From NCBI GenBank assembly GCA_043228905.1, contig JBHGNT010000003.1, positions 1,736,001-1,800,000 of the forward strand: 64,000 nucleotides of DNA. The letters are read 5' to 3'. The translations under genes and the position numbers were made by a program. Below are positions 51,301 through 64,000 of this stretch, piece by piece. This stretch comes from Azolla caroliniana (taxonomy: Eukaryota > Plantae > Polypodiophyta). A model generated the notes under the pieces. The model was not told the origin of the DNA and did no database searches. It saw nothing but the letters and a program-made list of their open reading frames with translations. Position 1 is the first letter of the stretch; each line of letters starts with the position of its first letter.

Positions 51301-53550
51301 TTCATTCGGTAAGGAGCTTTTACAGGTGGTATGCTTCCGGGAATGGTTGGGATTTTATGATCGATTGACCTTTGTGGCGGAAGAGTTTTGGGTAGCTCCG
51401 TTGTTAAGACATCCTTGTATTGCTCTAATATTTCCTTCATATTTTCTGCCCTTAGTTCTTCCTTCCTCACTGTTGTTGATGCTTGCAGGGCCGTGCAAAG
51501 AAAGAGTTGGCCGCCCTTCTTTAAGACTCGATTTGCCACCTTTCCCGTGCAAAGTTTTGCGGTCACGGTTGTCGCCTTTGCCTTTGCATTTCTCCTATGC
51601 ATGTTTACAATGATGCCTCCCTTCCCATCTCCATTATCTACCTTTTTCCCGAATTGGTTGATGACGTACTTATCCACCCATTCTAGCCCTAAGATCACCT
51701 CGCACCCATCCATGTCAACCGCTAGAAAAGGTGTTCGCCCCTTCCATTCTCCCGCTTCAATCAAGACATTGGCCGCTAATGAACACTTATTAGTGTATCC
51801 CTGTACAAAACTCACAGAGAGGTTGGTTAAAGGTTGCAATTTTAATCCCCACTTCTTCGTGCATTCAGGTGTTATGAAGTTGTGTGTTGCACCGTTGTCT
51901 ACCATTGCCTCACAACTATGCCCATTAATTTTTACGTTGAGAAAGAGATTACTTGTGTTATTGAGTTTGACTGTGAGACAGGTAGGCCAGGCGGTGGCGG
52001 CTCCTGCACGTACAGCGACTTCTTCATCTTCTTCCTCATATTGCGCTGCTATTGCTTGTATGTCTTGCTCGGAACCTTCCTCGAGCTCTGTTAACTCGAG
52101 TTGTGAGGTGGCTGCCCGCACCGTGAGTTGCTTCTTTTTTGGACAATTGGATGCCAAGTGAGGGCCTCCACACTCAAAACAGCCTCTTCTAATTAGTGGG
52201 GTTCGTTGTGTTGAAGTAGAAATGGGACTCCCTGGCTGTCCTCCTCCTCCCCCGCTATTTGTCCAGCTCGATCTAATTGGATCCCCTCGTGTTGTTCCTC
52301 TTCCTATCGAACTAGTATTAGTCGTCCACCCACGATTGTTGGATGTACTTCCTAGATTGTTGTGGAAAGGTCGGGAGCTCCCTTCTATGTCTCCTATCCT
52401 CTCTGCCACCCTCATGGCTTCCTCACAAGTTTGAGGGTTCATCTTTTCTACCTCTATCCTGATCCGAGGCTTCAATCCAACTAGGAACCCGTGGAGTTTG
52501 GTTATTTGATGAAGATGCGGCAGCTGCAATGTCACTTGGCGATACCTCTCAATGTACATGGTGAGTTGCCCTTCCCCTTGTCTCAACATCCTCCATTCAT
52601 CCATGATGCGGAGATGTTCATTTTGTGGTATGAAATAATGACGCAATTCCCGCTTAAACTCTGTTCAAGGCGTGAACTCAAACACGCTTTCCCCCGACAT
52701 GTACCAATTTTGTGCTGGTCCATCCAAAAAACACGCGGAGACCATCACCCACAAGTCGGGTTCTACTTGACTTTGGACGAGGAATAGTTCGGTTTCTCTT
52801 ATCCATCTTGTAAGTACCACCGAGTTCCTCTCCCCCATGTACATTTTTGGTTTGATAGGTTTAAATGATCCCAAGTTGTGGCGGCGGTTCTCGGCATTCC
52901 CGACTTCCAGCCTCTGCACCATCTCCTCCAAACGCCCTGGTCCTCCTTCCGTGGGCCTTCTCCCTTGCGGCCCCGATTCCTCTTCTTCTCTCTCCCATCT
53001 TTGATCTTCCATATTGAACCTTCCATTCTCTAATTCGGTGGCCTCTTGGTCTCCTCGATCTAGGGCTATCTCCCCTAATGGAGTGTCTCCTTCGTTCCCT
53101 AGCTCTCCCAAGTTGATCCCTCTTCTTCGCCTTCTTCCCGCCATTGGTTAGATAAAAGAGAGAGAAAAAAAAAAAAATAGTCTACTATCTTTGTGGTTAC
53201 CTTGACTCCTCTCGTGGTGTCGTGGGCCACTTCTTCAATCTCTTCTTGCTGGAATGGCTTGCCAATCCTTATCTTGCTCTGATACCAAGTATTAAACCAA
53301 TGGCACAAAATGAGAGAGAACACTCTTTGTATTCAATAGAAATAAAAAAGGTAAGTGCGAATTACTAACTAATGACTTGGTTCTTCCCCATTGGGAACCC
53401 CCCCCCCCCCCCCCTTTTCAAAATCACAACTACTTCTTTAAATAGAAACTTATTGGGAGCCCAAACGTTCATGAGATGAAACGTTTGTGCTTCCAAGATT
53501 TATTTAAATACTCTACTATTTTCTTTTATGTAATTGTAACGGTTGTAACA
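48348..53550 (-). mobile_element. Element I: young, nearly intact chromovirus Ty3/gypsy; LTRs at 53550-53290 and 48581-48348; PBS tRNA-iMet 53287-53276
   Basis: Exact 5-bp TSD GTAGA; TGGTATCAGAGC PBS; PPT GCGGGAGAG; LTRs nearly identical apart from a ~25-bp deletion. Confidence 0.93.
48639..53144 (-). CDS. Gag-pol polyprotein of element I (one frameshift near 52660)
   Basis: CFECGGPHLASNC, AMVDNGATHNF, YIDDLLIFS, TDASDFAYG, HDCHMAGH...CQVC, DGQTERLNQ, GPY, chromodomain YFIKWRGKPLSEASW. Confidence 0.92.
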
Positions 53551-53720
53551 GTAGATATATCAATATAATGTATATAATATATTTTATATAATAATAATAT
53601 CATTTTTTATTGTACATTAGATTGAGGGAGCTTATGTATATAGTGGCACTTATCAGTTGTTTCAAGCTCTTATATTAGCCAAAGCACATGATTTAGAGAA
53701 CTTTGTTTGGATCTTAAGCC

Positions 53721-56010
53721 ATGAGTGAAAACTCACCGTTTTCGGTTGAAGAGAATTGTTTGGCAACAGAATCATCATTTTTTGCCGAAGAATATTGTGT
53801 GAGCTCATCTTCTCCTATACCTCCTGTGAATAACAACTCATGTGAAGAGTTCTTAGTTGAAGACTATGACTACAATAAAGATACAAACAATGAAGGTAAT
53901 GCTAATGAAACATCGGAGATCATGGGGGGTCAAGCTAACAACAACATAATTGTCTCTAATGTGGTTACACCTATTTATAGTCAAGAAAAGCAATCAGCAA
54001 GCCCTATACAAATCAGGAGAATCCCACATAGAATACGTCAGGCAAGATTTAACTTGGTGACATCATATAAGCAACTTGGATTTCATGTCCACAAAACATG
54101 TTGTGCCCGTAGATGTATGTCTATGATTGGAAAGGAAAAGTTGCGTAAATTAAGGCATTACTATTTTTCAATGACTAGTAATGAGCAGGACACTTAGCTC
54201 GGCTCACATATGCAATTGGTGTCTGACAAATCTTCGGCGATCAAAGTATCAATCGAGTATTATATCTTTCATGCGCAACAATGATGTAGAGTGGCATTCA
54301 AAATTGAGCAATGTGTTAGTAGCATGCGGCTACATAGAGTACAACAATGTCTTCTTAGTGGGGATCGCATAGTCAATTGTAAAGATGTTCCAAGTATGAA
54401 AGGTGCAACTGGAAGACATGCTATTGGTTGGATGAAAATTGACTTCAAGCTATATTGTGAAATAATGCCTACTACAGGCAGGATGCACCTCTCTGATAAT
54501 TACACACGTCAGGAAGTTTATGATGTGTATCGATCAGAAATGCTATTGTCAAGTGATAAATACGTCACATACAACCAGTTCACAAGATTGTGGAGAACAT
54601 GCTTTACAAATGTTATTATTTCGTGGAAAGTACACATGGGGTATTGTTCGATTTGTGCAAACCTTAAAAGTATGGCTAAAGGTGCGAATACAACAACGGA
54701 AAAGGATATGAGTAAGAAGTTACTATAGGAGCACTGTGAAGCACAATCGTTAGAACGAAAGAAGGTGATGTGTCATAGAGAGAAGTGTTTGAAGAGTCCC
54801 GAACAATACATGTGCTTAATGATCGATGGCATGGACTAGAAGAAGACATGTTTACCTCATATGCAGAGGCGTCCCAATGACATCAATGATGAGTGCCTTG
54901 TTCAAATGCACTTGGTGGGATGCTTGGCTTATAATAGGTCAGTTAGACCTCACGTCTTCATTACATACCCCAATGTTCACAATGACCTAGTAACCTAACA
55001 GTTACTGTGATTCACCAGGTTTTGATGTCTTGGGGCCAGCCGTTCCCCCCTGTTCTCTAATTGGACAATACTGCTAGAGAGAACAAAAATTCAACTGTCT
55101 TCGGATATTTAAGTATGTTGGTCAACCAAGGATTGTTTAGAAAAGTGTAAGTCAATTTTCTTTTGGTTGGTCACACACATGATCATATAGATAAGATGTT
55201 TAGCACATTCTCTAGACAGTTATCTTTACATGATGTTTTCACATTACCGAAACTATTTGATGTCATTTGTGATCCATACACACCACAACCAAAAGTGTTA
55301 CACATGAAGGAGATATATAACTTCAAGAGATATATATCAGATGGGGGGGATGGGAATGATAAAGTGCTCACCCAGTTAAACAATATAAGCTTCAATCACA
55401 TTTTTTTATAAAGAAAAATGATACAAGTGTTTCTATGCTTTTGTATGCCCAACAATATTCATCTTCGACAAAATGGGAACCTGAAGGCGGTTGCCAGTTC
55501 TTACTTTGTATGTCGAGTACAATAGTCTATGGAGCTAAACAAATGCCAATTGAGACAAAAGGACAATTGCATAGTGGGTTGGTAGAAGAACAAAAACACT
55601 TATGGCTCCAAGCCTTAACAGAAAAAAGGAAGCATATTGAGGCCGCAAAGAAATATGCCGCACAAGAAGACACATCATGGTGGGATGTGTTTTCGACGAC
55701 ACGGGGAAGAAGGAAGAGGAAGCGAAACATTCGTAACACCTCGACCCTTGATATCTCTGATGTGGATATCATCGTGTACAACTTCAAGCTTACAAAAGTT
55801 GGATGTTTAAGGAAGTCAACAATAGATATAATAAAAGAAAAATTACCAGGTCTAGAAGGTGGCTCGAGTCAAAGGCAAACGAGATCTGTTGCACATAATC
55901 TAGAGTCACACCATTTGGTTTATGATGAAGATAATGCATTGATTGGTACATCCGAGGATGACGAGGAGGAATCCTCATTGTATATTAGCTATAGTAATGA
56001 TTCTCCATAA
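53721..56010 (+). pseudogene. Sola/DUF7869-like transposase of element B; many stops and frameshifts, C-terminal internal deletion
   Basis: MPTTGRMHLSDNYTR, MIDGMD*KKT, LDNTARENKN, LLVGHTHDHIDKMF, NNISFNHIF; co-linear with 24187-26859. Confidence 0.9.
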
Positions 56011-57884
56011 AGGAGTGATCATGAATGTATTTTTCGCTATTAAGTGTAACTCCCTTTCGCTTGTAACAAATCGAGTTAATATAAAAGCAAGTGTTTTGAA
56101 TTCTTTCGATTCCTATGAATATTGTTTCTTATAAAAAAACATTGGTTGTAAAGTTTGTGATATAAATTGAGAATGTAACTTTTTGAAATTCCTCTTTTCT
56201 TATTTATTTTTAAATCTCGAAAATGGTGGATTTTTAACCATTTTCATAGTATATTTGAGAATGTATGATACTGGTATCAATGTGCTTTGTAATATCACTG
56301 AAAAAGTACTAAAATCAATCGGAATATTCCTAAGTTATCGTTCCATTTATGTGCGATCCTTCCACTTGTGAATGTGAACATGTTAAAAGACGGAAAGCGC
56401 TGGAATGGAACAGACGGAAGGAGCCAGAACAGAAAAGACGAAGGGAGACGGACTAGAGCAACAACCGTCTCAGCAACCGAATCAACAGCAGCAGCAACCA
56501 GAGCAACAACAACATATGGAAGAAGAACCGCTCGAGCCCTTGGATCAGAGTATACTGGACATACTCGATGAAGACTGAAGGGGCTAACCCGTGGGTTCGA
56601 CGTGCAATGCACTGTCCCACGGGTGTGCCATGTGTTGGCCTAGAGTATGTTCCATATTAGTAATGTGGACGGGGACGAGTCGGATTATAATAATATAATT
56701 ATTAGTAAGTAATATTATAGGAACGGGCGGATCCGGATAGTTGTATTGATCCGGATCCGCACCGATTGATAGCTGATAGCCGGTAAGGCACCGTTTTGTA
56801 ATCCCTACCGGATGTATATAAAAGGATCCAGAATCGATGTAAATGATTAACGGAAGTAATATAAGATTAGCATTGTTCTTAATTCTATTGTGTCTTGGTG
56901 TACTTGTCGTTGTGCACTTAATTTGTTAATCTTACGCGTGTTATACGAAATCGGTTGTGTATTAAAAATCCGGAGAGTATAAGGAAATAGTCGGATCGGA
57001 ATCGGATAAACACCGATTAATATCCATATCCTAACCACACCTTTGGAGAAGTGTTCCGGTACGGCTACCCTATGTTTGTGGCTAAGTTCAACCCATGATT
57101 AACAACACAAACACAATCTTTTTCAACAATTCGACTCAAACAAGCACAATGCAACATGTAGACTTGATATATTAGCTAAAAACCAGTTAAACTTGATGAT
57201 ACATCTATTTTGGCCCAATTCATTTGGACCACATAATAATTCAAACTACAAAGCCTTCAATAGATTTGCAAATGTATTGGATGATGTTGGTCCAAGAGCC
57301 AAATATATTGTTTATGGTTTTATCTGTTGTAAATCTCCCTCCTTACCCCAAAAAAAATAAAACCATGGGGGAAAGAGCCCATGATCGATGTGATTGGCAT
57401 GCATCCATAGTTTATTAATTCTTGTTGGTGTAGTTGTGAATGAGTAAATGCCTTTGTGTACTTGTGTGCATTGTATTCAATGGTGTGTTGTTGTTGGATA
57501 TGGTTATGTTATCAATTATTTGTAAGCATTTATGCTTATTGCACTTAATGGTACATCCTGAAATAATGCACACTATTTATAACAATTTTAGAATGTGAAT
57601 ACATTATGTTCATAAATTTACAATAGTAAAACTTGATGGGTAAATATAACTCATCTATTGGCGGTCTACTTTTTGAAGTGGTTTTAATGCTTTTGGAGAC
57701 TGTGGTAACCTACTTGAGAGAAACCAATTTACTGTACGAGGTAAGAGTGATACATGACTTTATTTACGCAGCATCAATCTCTTACTGTAATGATATGTTG
57801 CCATCCAATACATACTAGGATGATAGATTTGTAGCTCCGAGAAGGCAAGCTTGTTTAGAAAGAAATGGATTGAAACACTCGGCA

Positions 57885-59239
57885 TTAATTGAACTTTTTG
57901 CTTGATATCAATTTTTCACTAAACTCCCAAAGTTTGTATCCCACTTTTGGATCTTTGGCCTCATTAGAGCGTTTTGAGAATGAGCAGTTTTGGAAATATT
58001 TTCCACTAACACCTTTCACAGATGGATGTATAGCTAAAAAGCATTGTGTTGCTGCTCCCTGTATGAAAAGATAACATCGACAACATTCAAAGTAAATTTA
58101 AGTTGAGGTAAAAAATCACAATTGTTTTTACAACAACATACATAGGAAACAACATGCATAGGAATTTCAACCCACCCAATGAATGCCACTGTTTTGGATG
58201 CCCATGTTGAAACCTCGAATATAAATAAAGTGTTCTCACAAACTCGGTATATGTTTATTACAGGCATATTTAGTGACATACTTGAATTGATCTTTTTCCA
58301 TTTGAACCATTTAATGCATTAGGTAAATATACATGCATACCCACATATATTGGCATACATAAGTACATGCATACATACCCATATATGTAAAAATACCCTC
58401 CAATTCATGACCTTTGTGATTTTTCTTGATTTTTAATGACCAAGGTATGGAACATATCGGAAAAGTTTTGCATACCTGAGGAATAGTCTTCAAAAAGAAT
58501 AGTGCAAGCCTTTCAAGATATTTCGCCAAGGCTACAAAAATATAACGCACATACTTATGTGAAATGTATGTAGGTAAGTCTCATGAACATACAAATGAAT
58601 ATAAATGCACATTTGGATGAATAGTGAAACTACACTAGTGCCCATATTCTATTAATAGAATGTTTGCATGAATGTTTGTTGTGCAAGTGTTGTTGCAAAC
58701 CTAAAGATGGAGAATAGCGTATGATGTTTGTCAAAATAATTCCAGGATGAATTGAATTCACTGTCACATTCGCACCTTCCTCCTACAAAAGGAAAACACT
58801 TTGTGAGGCAAGAACTTTATGCCTTTTTATCGCAATTGATTTAAAGACTTACAACCATCACTTTATACCTGCAATCGTCTTGACAATTCATTTGCATGCA
58901 ATATGTTTGCAAGCTTTGATCTTGCATATGCTAGATACGGCCAATACCTACACAAGTAATAAAGAAGACTCACATGCCAAAAACAAAAAGTGAAAGCATT
59001 CCCTTTACATATACATGAACCAACCAATATGGTTGTGTATCAATTTGTGAACCTACTTGTTGTAAAGTTGTTATATCTAGAAACAATAACATACCCGTCA
59101 TAAGGTTTTAATAAATAGCTACAATACACACACATACACACACAGGCATAAGGGGGAAGAAATCTTAGTGGATTGCCCGGTAGCTAAGGTATAACAAGAT
59201 AGATATATTTTTAATGTCCATGAGAGACCAATTATGGTC

Positions 59240-59279
<40 letters not shown>

Positions 59280-62200
59280 AAAGTCGAGGTATTCATCACA
59301 ACATGAGTTTGCGAGGTAAATTGATTGGTACGAGACATATGCTATATTTGACAGTATAATGTTAATGGTAGCAATAAAATCGTTCAATGTTGAAAAAAAA
59401 TGTGCAATGATGCATTGCATGCGAAGATGGATATACCTTGATTTACTATTTATCGAGTCGAAAGTTAAATCCCGCAAGGAGGCAAAGTTGTGAGACTGGG
59501 ATGATACATTAATAATTCTCCCCTCAACTCTACTAACTTTTGCAGTCTCAATCATAGTTGGAAGCAATAATTTTGTCAAAAGAAAGTGCCCTAGGGAAAT
59601 CAAATTGGATAGAAATTTAGGTTCTTCAAAAGATAGTGTCCTAGGGTAATAAAGTCCAATAGAAGTGTACTACACTACACATTCATTGAAAGTTTTGCTA
59701 TGCATGTACCATGACGTACCAAGATAATTTGTTGCAAAGTTTAACTCTATACCATCCTTTGATAGTTGAAATGGGCCTCCCAACATCCCTGCATTATTAC
59801 TTTCGAAAGAACTTCATTGTTAGGATGTACTCATGTGACAAGTAAGACTTGGAACTATCCATGCATCAAGTAGTCACTTTACTATTCCATAAATGTTATG
59901 CTAACCCAGTACTATCACATGTTCATTTTAGATAGCAATGCATATCCCGCTTGAGCCACCCTCGTATTTATTAAAATAACCATAACCTCTCAACATATAC
60001 TAGCATAAAACTTTGTAGAACATGTAATTCTTGGAAAGTTAGGGAGTACATAATATAGATAAAAGCTAAGACGTTAGGGATATTTTGATGTTTTCCCTTA
60101 AAAAAACCTTCATTCATCTTGAAAAGACATTTGTGTACATACATCAATATGTTCAAAGGGGTTCCCGCGGACTTGAATGTAGCGCAAAATTTATGTACCG
60201 AATGCAATGAGCTGACATCAACCTCCATAACTTGTATGTTTACATCCCCAACATCATTTATGATGGATCTCTTTGCACGTTCACCAGCGTCAACATTTCT
60301 TACTGCCATCACAATATTCACACCTCGTAATGCCAATACTCTAGCTGTTTCGAGGCCTAGTCCACTTGAGGCACCTGCATGGGACATGATTTTACTTCAT
60401 AACCAATTTCATGTGAAAATATATCAAGTTTCCCGAGGGGTTGTACTTCTAGCATTTTGTGAGTTGGGGTTGCTCATGGTTGCAATTTATATGTTTCCCA
60501 CCACTTTTGTTTTTTTTCATATGGTAAGAACAAAATTTGTCTTTCTTTTTATTACTTTTTAGAACTTTCAACGAAAATGATAGTGAGAGAGAGAGAGACA
60601 ATAGTATAAAGGAGGGTTGTACCTAAATTGTAAAGCAAAAGAGAATTGCAATAAGACAAATTTTGATGAAATAACTTTTGTAGGAGCCTTATGGCATTGT
60701 GATAGTTCAACTAGAAATGAGCATGAGATACTCTATGGTGTGGTGTTGGGTAGAACTTACTTCCACTACAATTAATGAATTTGAGCTGCCAAGGTTGGGT
60801 AGAATTATTCAACTCAAGATATTAAGATTAGCACTGACATGATAGAATTTGGGTTGTTCTTATCTTAGGTGATGGGTTGCAGTTTAGATAAGCGGAATGA
60901 TGGTGATGACGCGAATGTTGATTTTCTTAAGTTGTTGGACATAGTTGGGACACGATCATATAAACTTTCAGGTAGATAGAGGAACCCAAACGTTTTGGTT
61001 CAACGATAATATGAGGGTGACCATTGTGTTAATAGGCTAGGGTGGCATAAACAAATTTTGTCCAAGGAAAAATAACATAAGAGAGGACATGAACACTCAA
61101 AACATATGTGTACACAATCATATATAAACTTTCAGGTAGATAGAGGAACCCAAAAGTTTTGGTTCAGCGATAATATGAGGGTGGCCATTGTGTTAATAGG
61201 CTAGACTGGCATAAACAAAAATTGTCCAAGAAAAAATAACATAAGAGAGGAGATGAACACACAAAACATATGCGTTCAGGCAGATAGAGGAACCCAAAAG
61301 TTTAGGTTCAACGATAATATGAGGGTGACCATTGTGTTAATAGGCTAGGGTGGCATAAACAAAAATTGTCCAAGAAAAAATAACATAAGAGAGGACATGA
61401 ACACAAAAATTGTCAAGGTGGACAACATATGAGAAAACAAGTTGGCCATATAATAATATTATTATTAAGATGGATAAATGAATATAATAAAATTTAGGAA
61501 CGTGAACATCTAAGAACACAAAGAGCTTTGTCCATGAGACCATTATGGCAAATATGCTAAGACTATAGCCTAACAAGAATCCCCTCAATCTTCTCCAAGT
61601 AGCCACGATAAAACATCCATGATTTCCCTTCACACATAAACAAAGGTCACAAAAGATCATTGCTAGGAATCATCAAATTTCCTGTTTGGGGAGCACTCTT
61701 GAGCCCTCAAGTTTTTTTTTAATGCCCTTGAGTTTCCATTTATTTTCATGAATGATTAATTGACGAAATGAATTGAATCACATATGATTGTATAAATCAG
61801 CCATATATTCAAACATTAGTTATATAATTAAGCAACCCAACTTCATGTAATTTGATAATTTAATAAATTAATTACTTCTATTATAATTTTAACTTGAGAG
61901 TAAAAACTCTAGAATACCCTCAATTTTTTCTTTATTTCTCAGATTGCCCCCAAGATTTAATTGATTGCCCTTGAGCTTTCATTATTTCTCAAAATGCACT
62001 CAATCACCCTACCCTCCCTCCTCCCCAAATAGAGAAGAAATGGATAATCAACAATAATAATCGCTCAAATAACACATGTACCAAGGGCATTCATCGAATT
62101 ACTGAAAACTTGTGCACATATCAAGAAAATAAAGGAAATCAGTTGGAGATTCTTGCATATAGATTTACGATATAAACGATATAAATTGTTTACCAGTGAT

Positions 62201-62347
62201 GATAGCAGTGAGGTGGGAGAGGTGAAGGCCATCTGTAACATCCTCGGCGGTCGCATATGCATCGAAACCGAAGGCTCCTGGGCTCTTGAAATCCTTGAAG
62301 ATCAAACCGATGAGCTCCAACAATGGACTAGTAGTAGAGGAAGCCAT
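57885..62347 (-). CDS. Short-chain dehydrogenase/reductase, TIC32/RDH-like; 8 exons (~62347-62194, 60374-60143, ~59799-59719, ~59590-59497, ~58947-58869, ~58782-58701, ~58530-58475, ~58058-57885)
   Basis: TAIITGASSGLGLETARVLA, NNAG, FATNYLGHFLLT, RIINVSS, YARSK (YxxxK), NSIHPG, QGAATQC...GKYF; GT-AG introns. Confidence 0.92.
60955..61410. repeat. ~150-170-bp tandem repeat (about 3 units) in SDR intron 1
   Basis: Repeated TTCAGGTAGATAGAGGAACCCAAA...GAGAGGACATGAACAC. Confidence 0.85.
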
Positions 62348-64000
62348 CTCACAAAGTCTCTCTAATCTTACACACACACACGATATAATATTTTTTCTCT
62401 CTTTAGCTTCCTCATGCACAAACTACACGTTCTACTCACGTCATGCACTATTTTCACTCACACTCTCTATCAAACAATACCTGGACCTTTTGTCCCTCTC
62501 ACTTTCCTTTTATCCCTCCCTCCCACAATGGACTAGTAGTAGAGGAAGCCATCTCACAAAGTCTCTATAACACTATTTTCACTCACACTCTCTATCGAAC
62601 ACTACCTGAACCATTTGTCCCTCTCACTTTCCTTTTATCCCCCCCCCCCCCCTTTCAACCATCAATTTCAAACCTTACCTCATCAATTTCACATGCCGTT
62701 TTAACTCATTGTCTCTATCAAACACTCTCTCGGCATTTGTCCCCCTCACTTTTTTATTGTCTCCGTGGGCTTTACGACAATCCACCTTAACTCTCACTTG
62801 CCTACCTCCACCCACCTCCTTCTATTAATATATAGTTATTAAACCCTATAGTGCCATTGATTCTGAAAAAGGTGGGCTGTTTTTCTTTCAAGGCAATATA
62901 TTCGCTCCAATTTTCAAACAAATCTAGCACCTTTTCTCTTTGAAGCCGAGAGAGAGTACACGATATCCCCAATAATAAACATGAAGGTCCTCGTGATGTT
63001 GAGTGTTCATTAAGACATGATAGTCAATGTGATTGTACACGTTGCTATTGTTCCTCCTTATGTACTTCCGATGTGAGATGACGATATTTTTTACTTTTTG
63101 CAAGGTAATTTCTTGAATCAAATATTTTGATAGTTTTTTGTCTTTCATTATAGATTATATTGTGATTAAATAGACATTTGTTTAGTTGTGCAATTATAGA
63201 ACGACACATTATTTACTTGATTATCTAGTTAGAGAATCTCCTCGATAAGTCATTTAGGTTAACGAGACCATGCTTATTCAAGTTATCGTATTCCCCCAAA
63301 AATGAGGTAATTCCTACTTACAATCAACATCTATTATTCAAGGTTCAGAATCATCTTACATATTAACATGGCTTGTCTCCACTTACTCAATATGAACCAT
63401 CTTCTTGTCCTTGCTTCTTATGGGGGCCTCATTGTCCGCATGGCATTCATTGTCACAATGTCAATTGTTGGTTACTTAACACACACGCCACTCGTATTCG
63501 TTCCCTCTTAAATGCTCACAAGGTTCGCCCATTTTTCTTTTGTGATATATGAAGGCCTTTGGACAAACCTGGCACATGGCATTTAGATTGTGGTCCCAGT
63601 CATTTTTAAAAACTTGTGTTCCTTGCTTGAGCATGGATTATCCTCTGACCCAAACATTTGCATTGATTGTCCTTTTACAATTTAAGACATGCTAAAACAT
63701 TTCTGACACAATTCGTGCTAGTAAGAATCAAACCCAATCAATGGTGTCTCACAACTTTATGACGAGTTCTACTTGAACGGATGCACATACCCCGTGAATT
63801 ATTATAGTTTTCACAACTTTCAAAAAGGAATGCATGGGCAAACTCATGCAAATGAACACACAATTGCTATCATGTTCCTAACTTAACAAGATGAATGAAA
63901 TGCAATGCTTACCTAAAATCATTATATTTTCACATCTTTATGGAAAGAATTTGATTAGAAAAAGGGGATGTTTACTACCTTTGCAAATCATCATTAGAAG

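Larger units (their letters stand above)
14693..56384 (+). mobile_element. Element B: older Sola/DUF7869-like DNA transposon carrying a ParB-DNA methyltransferase gene (~7.7 kb of own sequence left after removing nested insertions)
   Basis: 36-bp imperfect TIRs at 14693-14728 (AACACGTTCGCGTTCACAAGTGGAAGGATCGTGCAT) and 56349-56384, differing only by transitions; 4-bp TSD AAAA (14689-92, 56385-88); contains a transposase pseudogene (+) and an MTase pseudogene (-). Confidence 0.88.
13780..57104. mobile_element. Element A: outermost, non-autonomous LTR retroelement; 472-bp LTRs at 13780-14251 and 56633-57104; own internal sequence only ~0.7 kb (14252-14692 + 56389-56632)
   Basis: Two co-linear diverged direct repeats TGTT...TAACA; 5-bp TSD GCACA/ACACA (1 mismatch); the internal halves rejoin into one ~21-bp repeat tract once element B is removed. 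Confidence 0.85.

Noticed and set aside
51388-52161. 257-aa plus-strand ORF and similar antisense ORFs (9448-10011, 19693-20265, 22315-22800)
   Set aside because: Shadow frames opposite genuine coding sequence
62900-64000. Possible decayed TE coding sequence
   Set aside because: No recognisable motif in any frame

Overview
Eukaryotic nuclear DNA from a land plant; a non-seed plant such as a fern is my inference from the gene and TE types. Three intron-containing host genes flank a ~43 kb nest of mobile elements (13780-57104): a UCH37/UCH2-type deubiquitinase, an RlmL/THUMP-type RNA methyltransferase and a TIC32-like SDR. The nest can be unpicked with target-site duplications (TSDs) to five levels. 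The main result is two divergent members of one DNA-transposon design (23860-31510 and 14693-56384). Each has TIRs beginning AACA, a 4-bp TSD, a Sola/DUF7869-like transposase, and a head-to-head, six-exon cargo gene encoding a ParB-like domain fused to a bacterial-type beta-class (N6-adenine/N4-cytosine) DNA methyltransferase. Both carry tandem ~40-bp palindromes with a shared core (CGATRCA-N-TGYATCG) in intron 1 of the cargo gene. Both copies here are decayed (in-frame stops). Other oddities: a putatively self-priming chromovirus with a tRNA-like Pol III promoter in its LTR; LTR elements with tRNA-3'-end motifs at both inner LTR borders and no clear PPT; and an inversion bounded by cross-matched TSDs. 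All calls are by eye, with no database searches.
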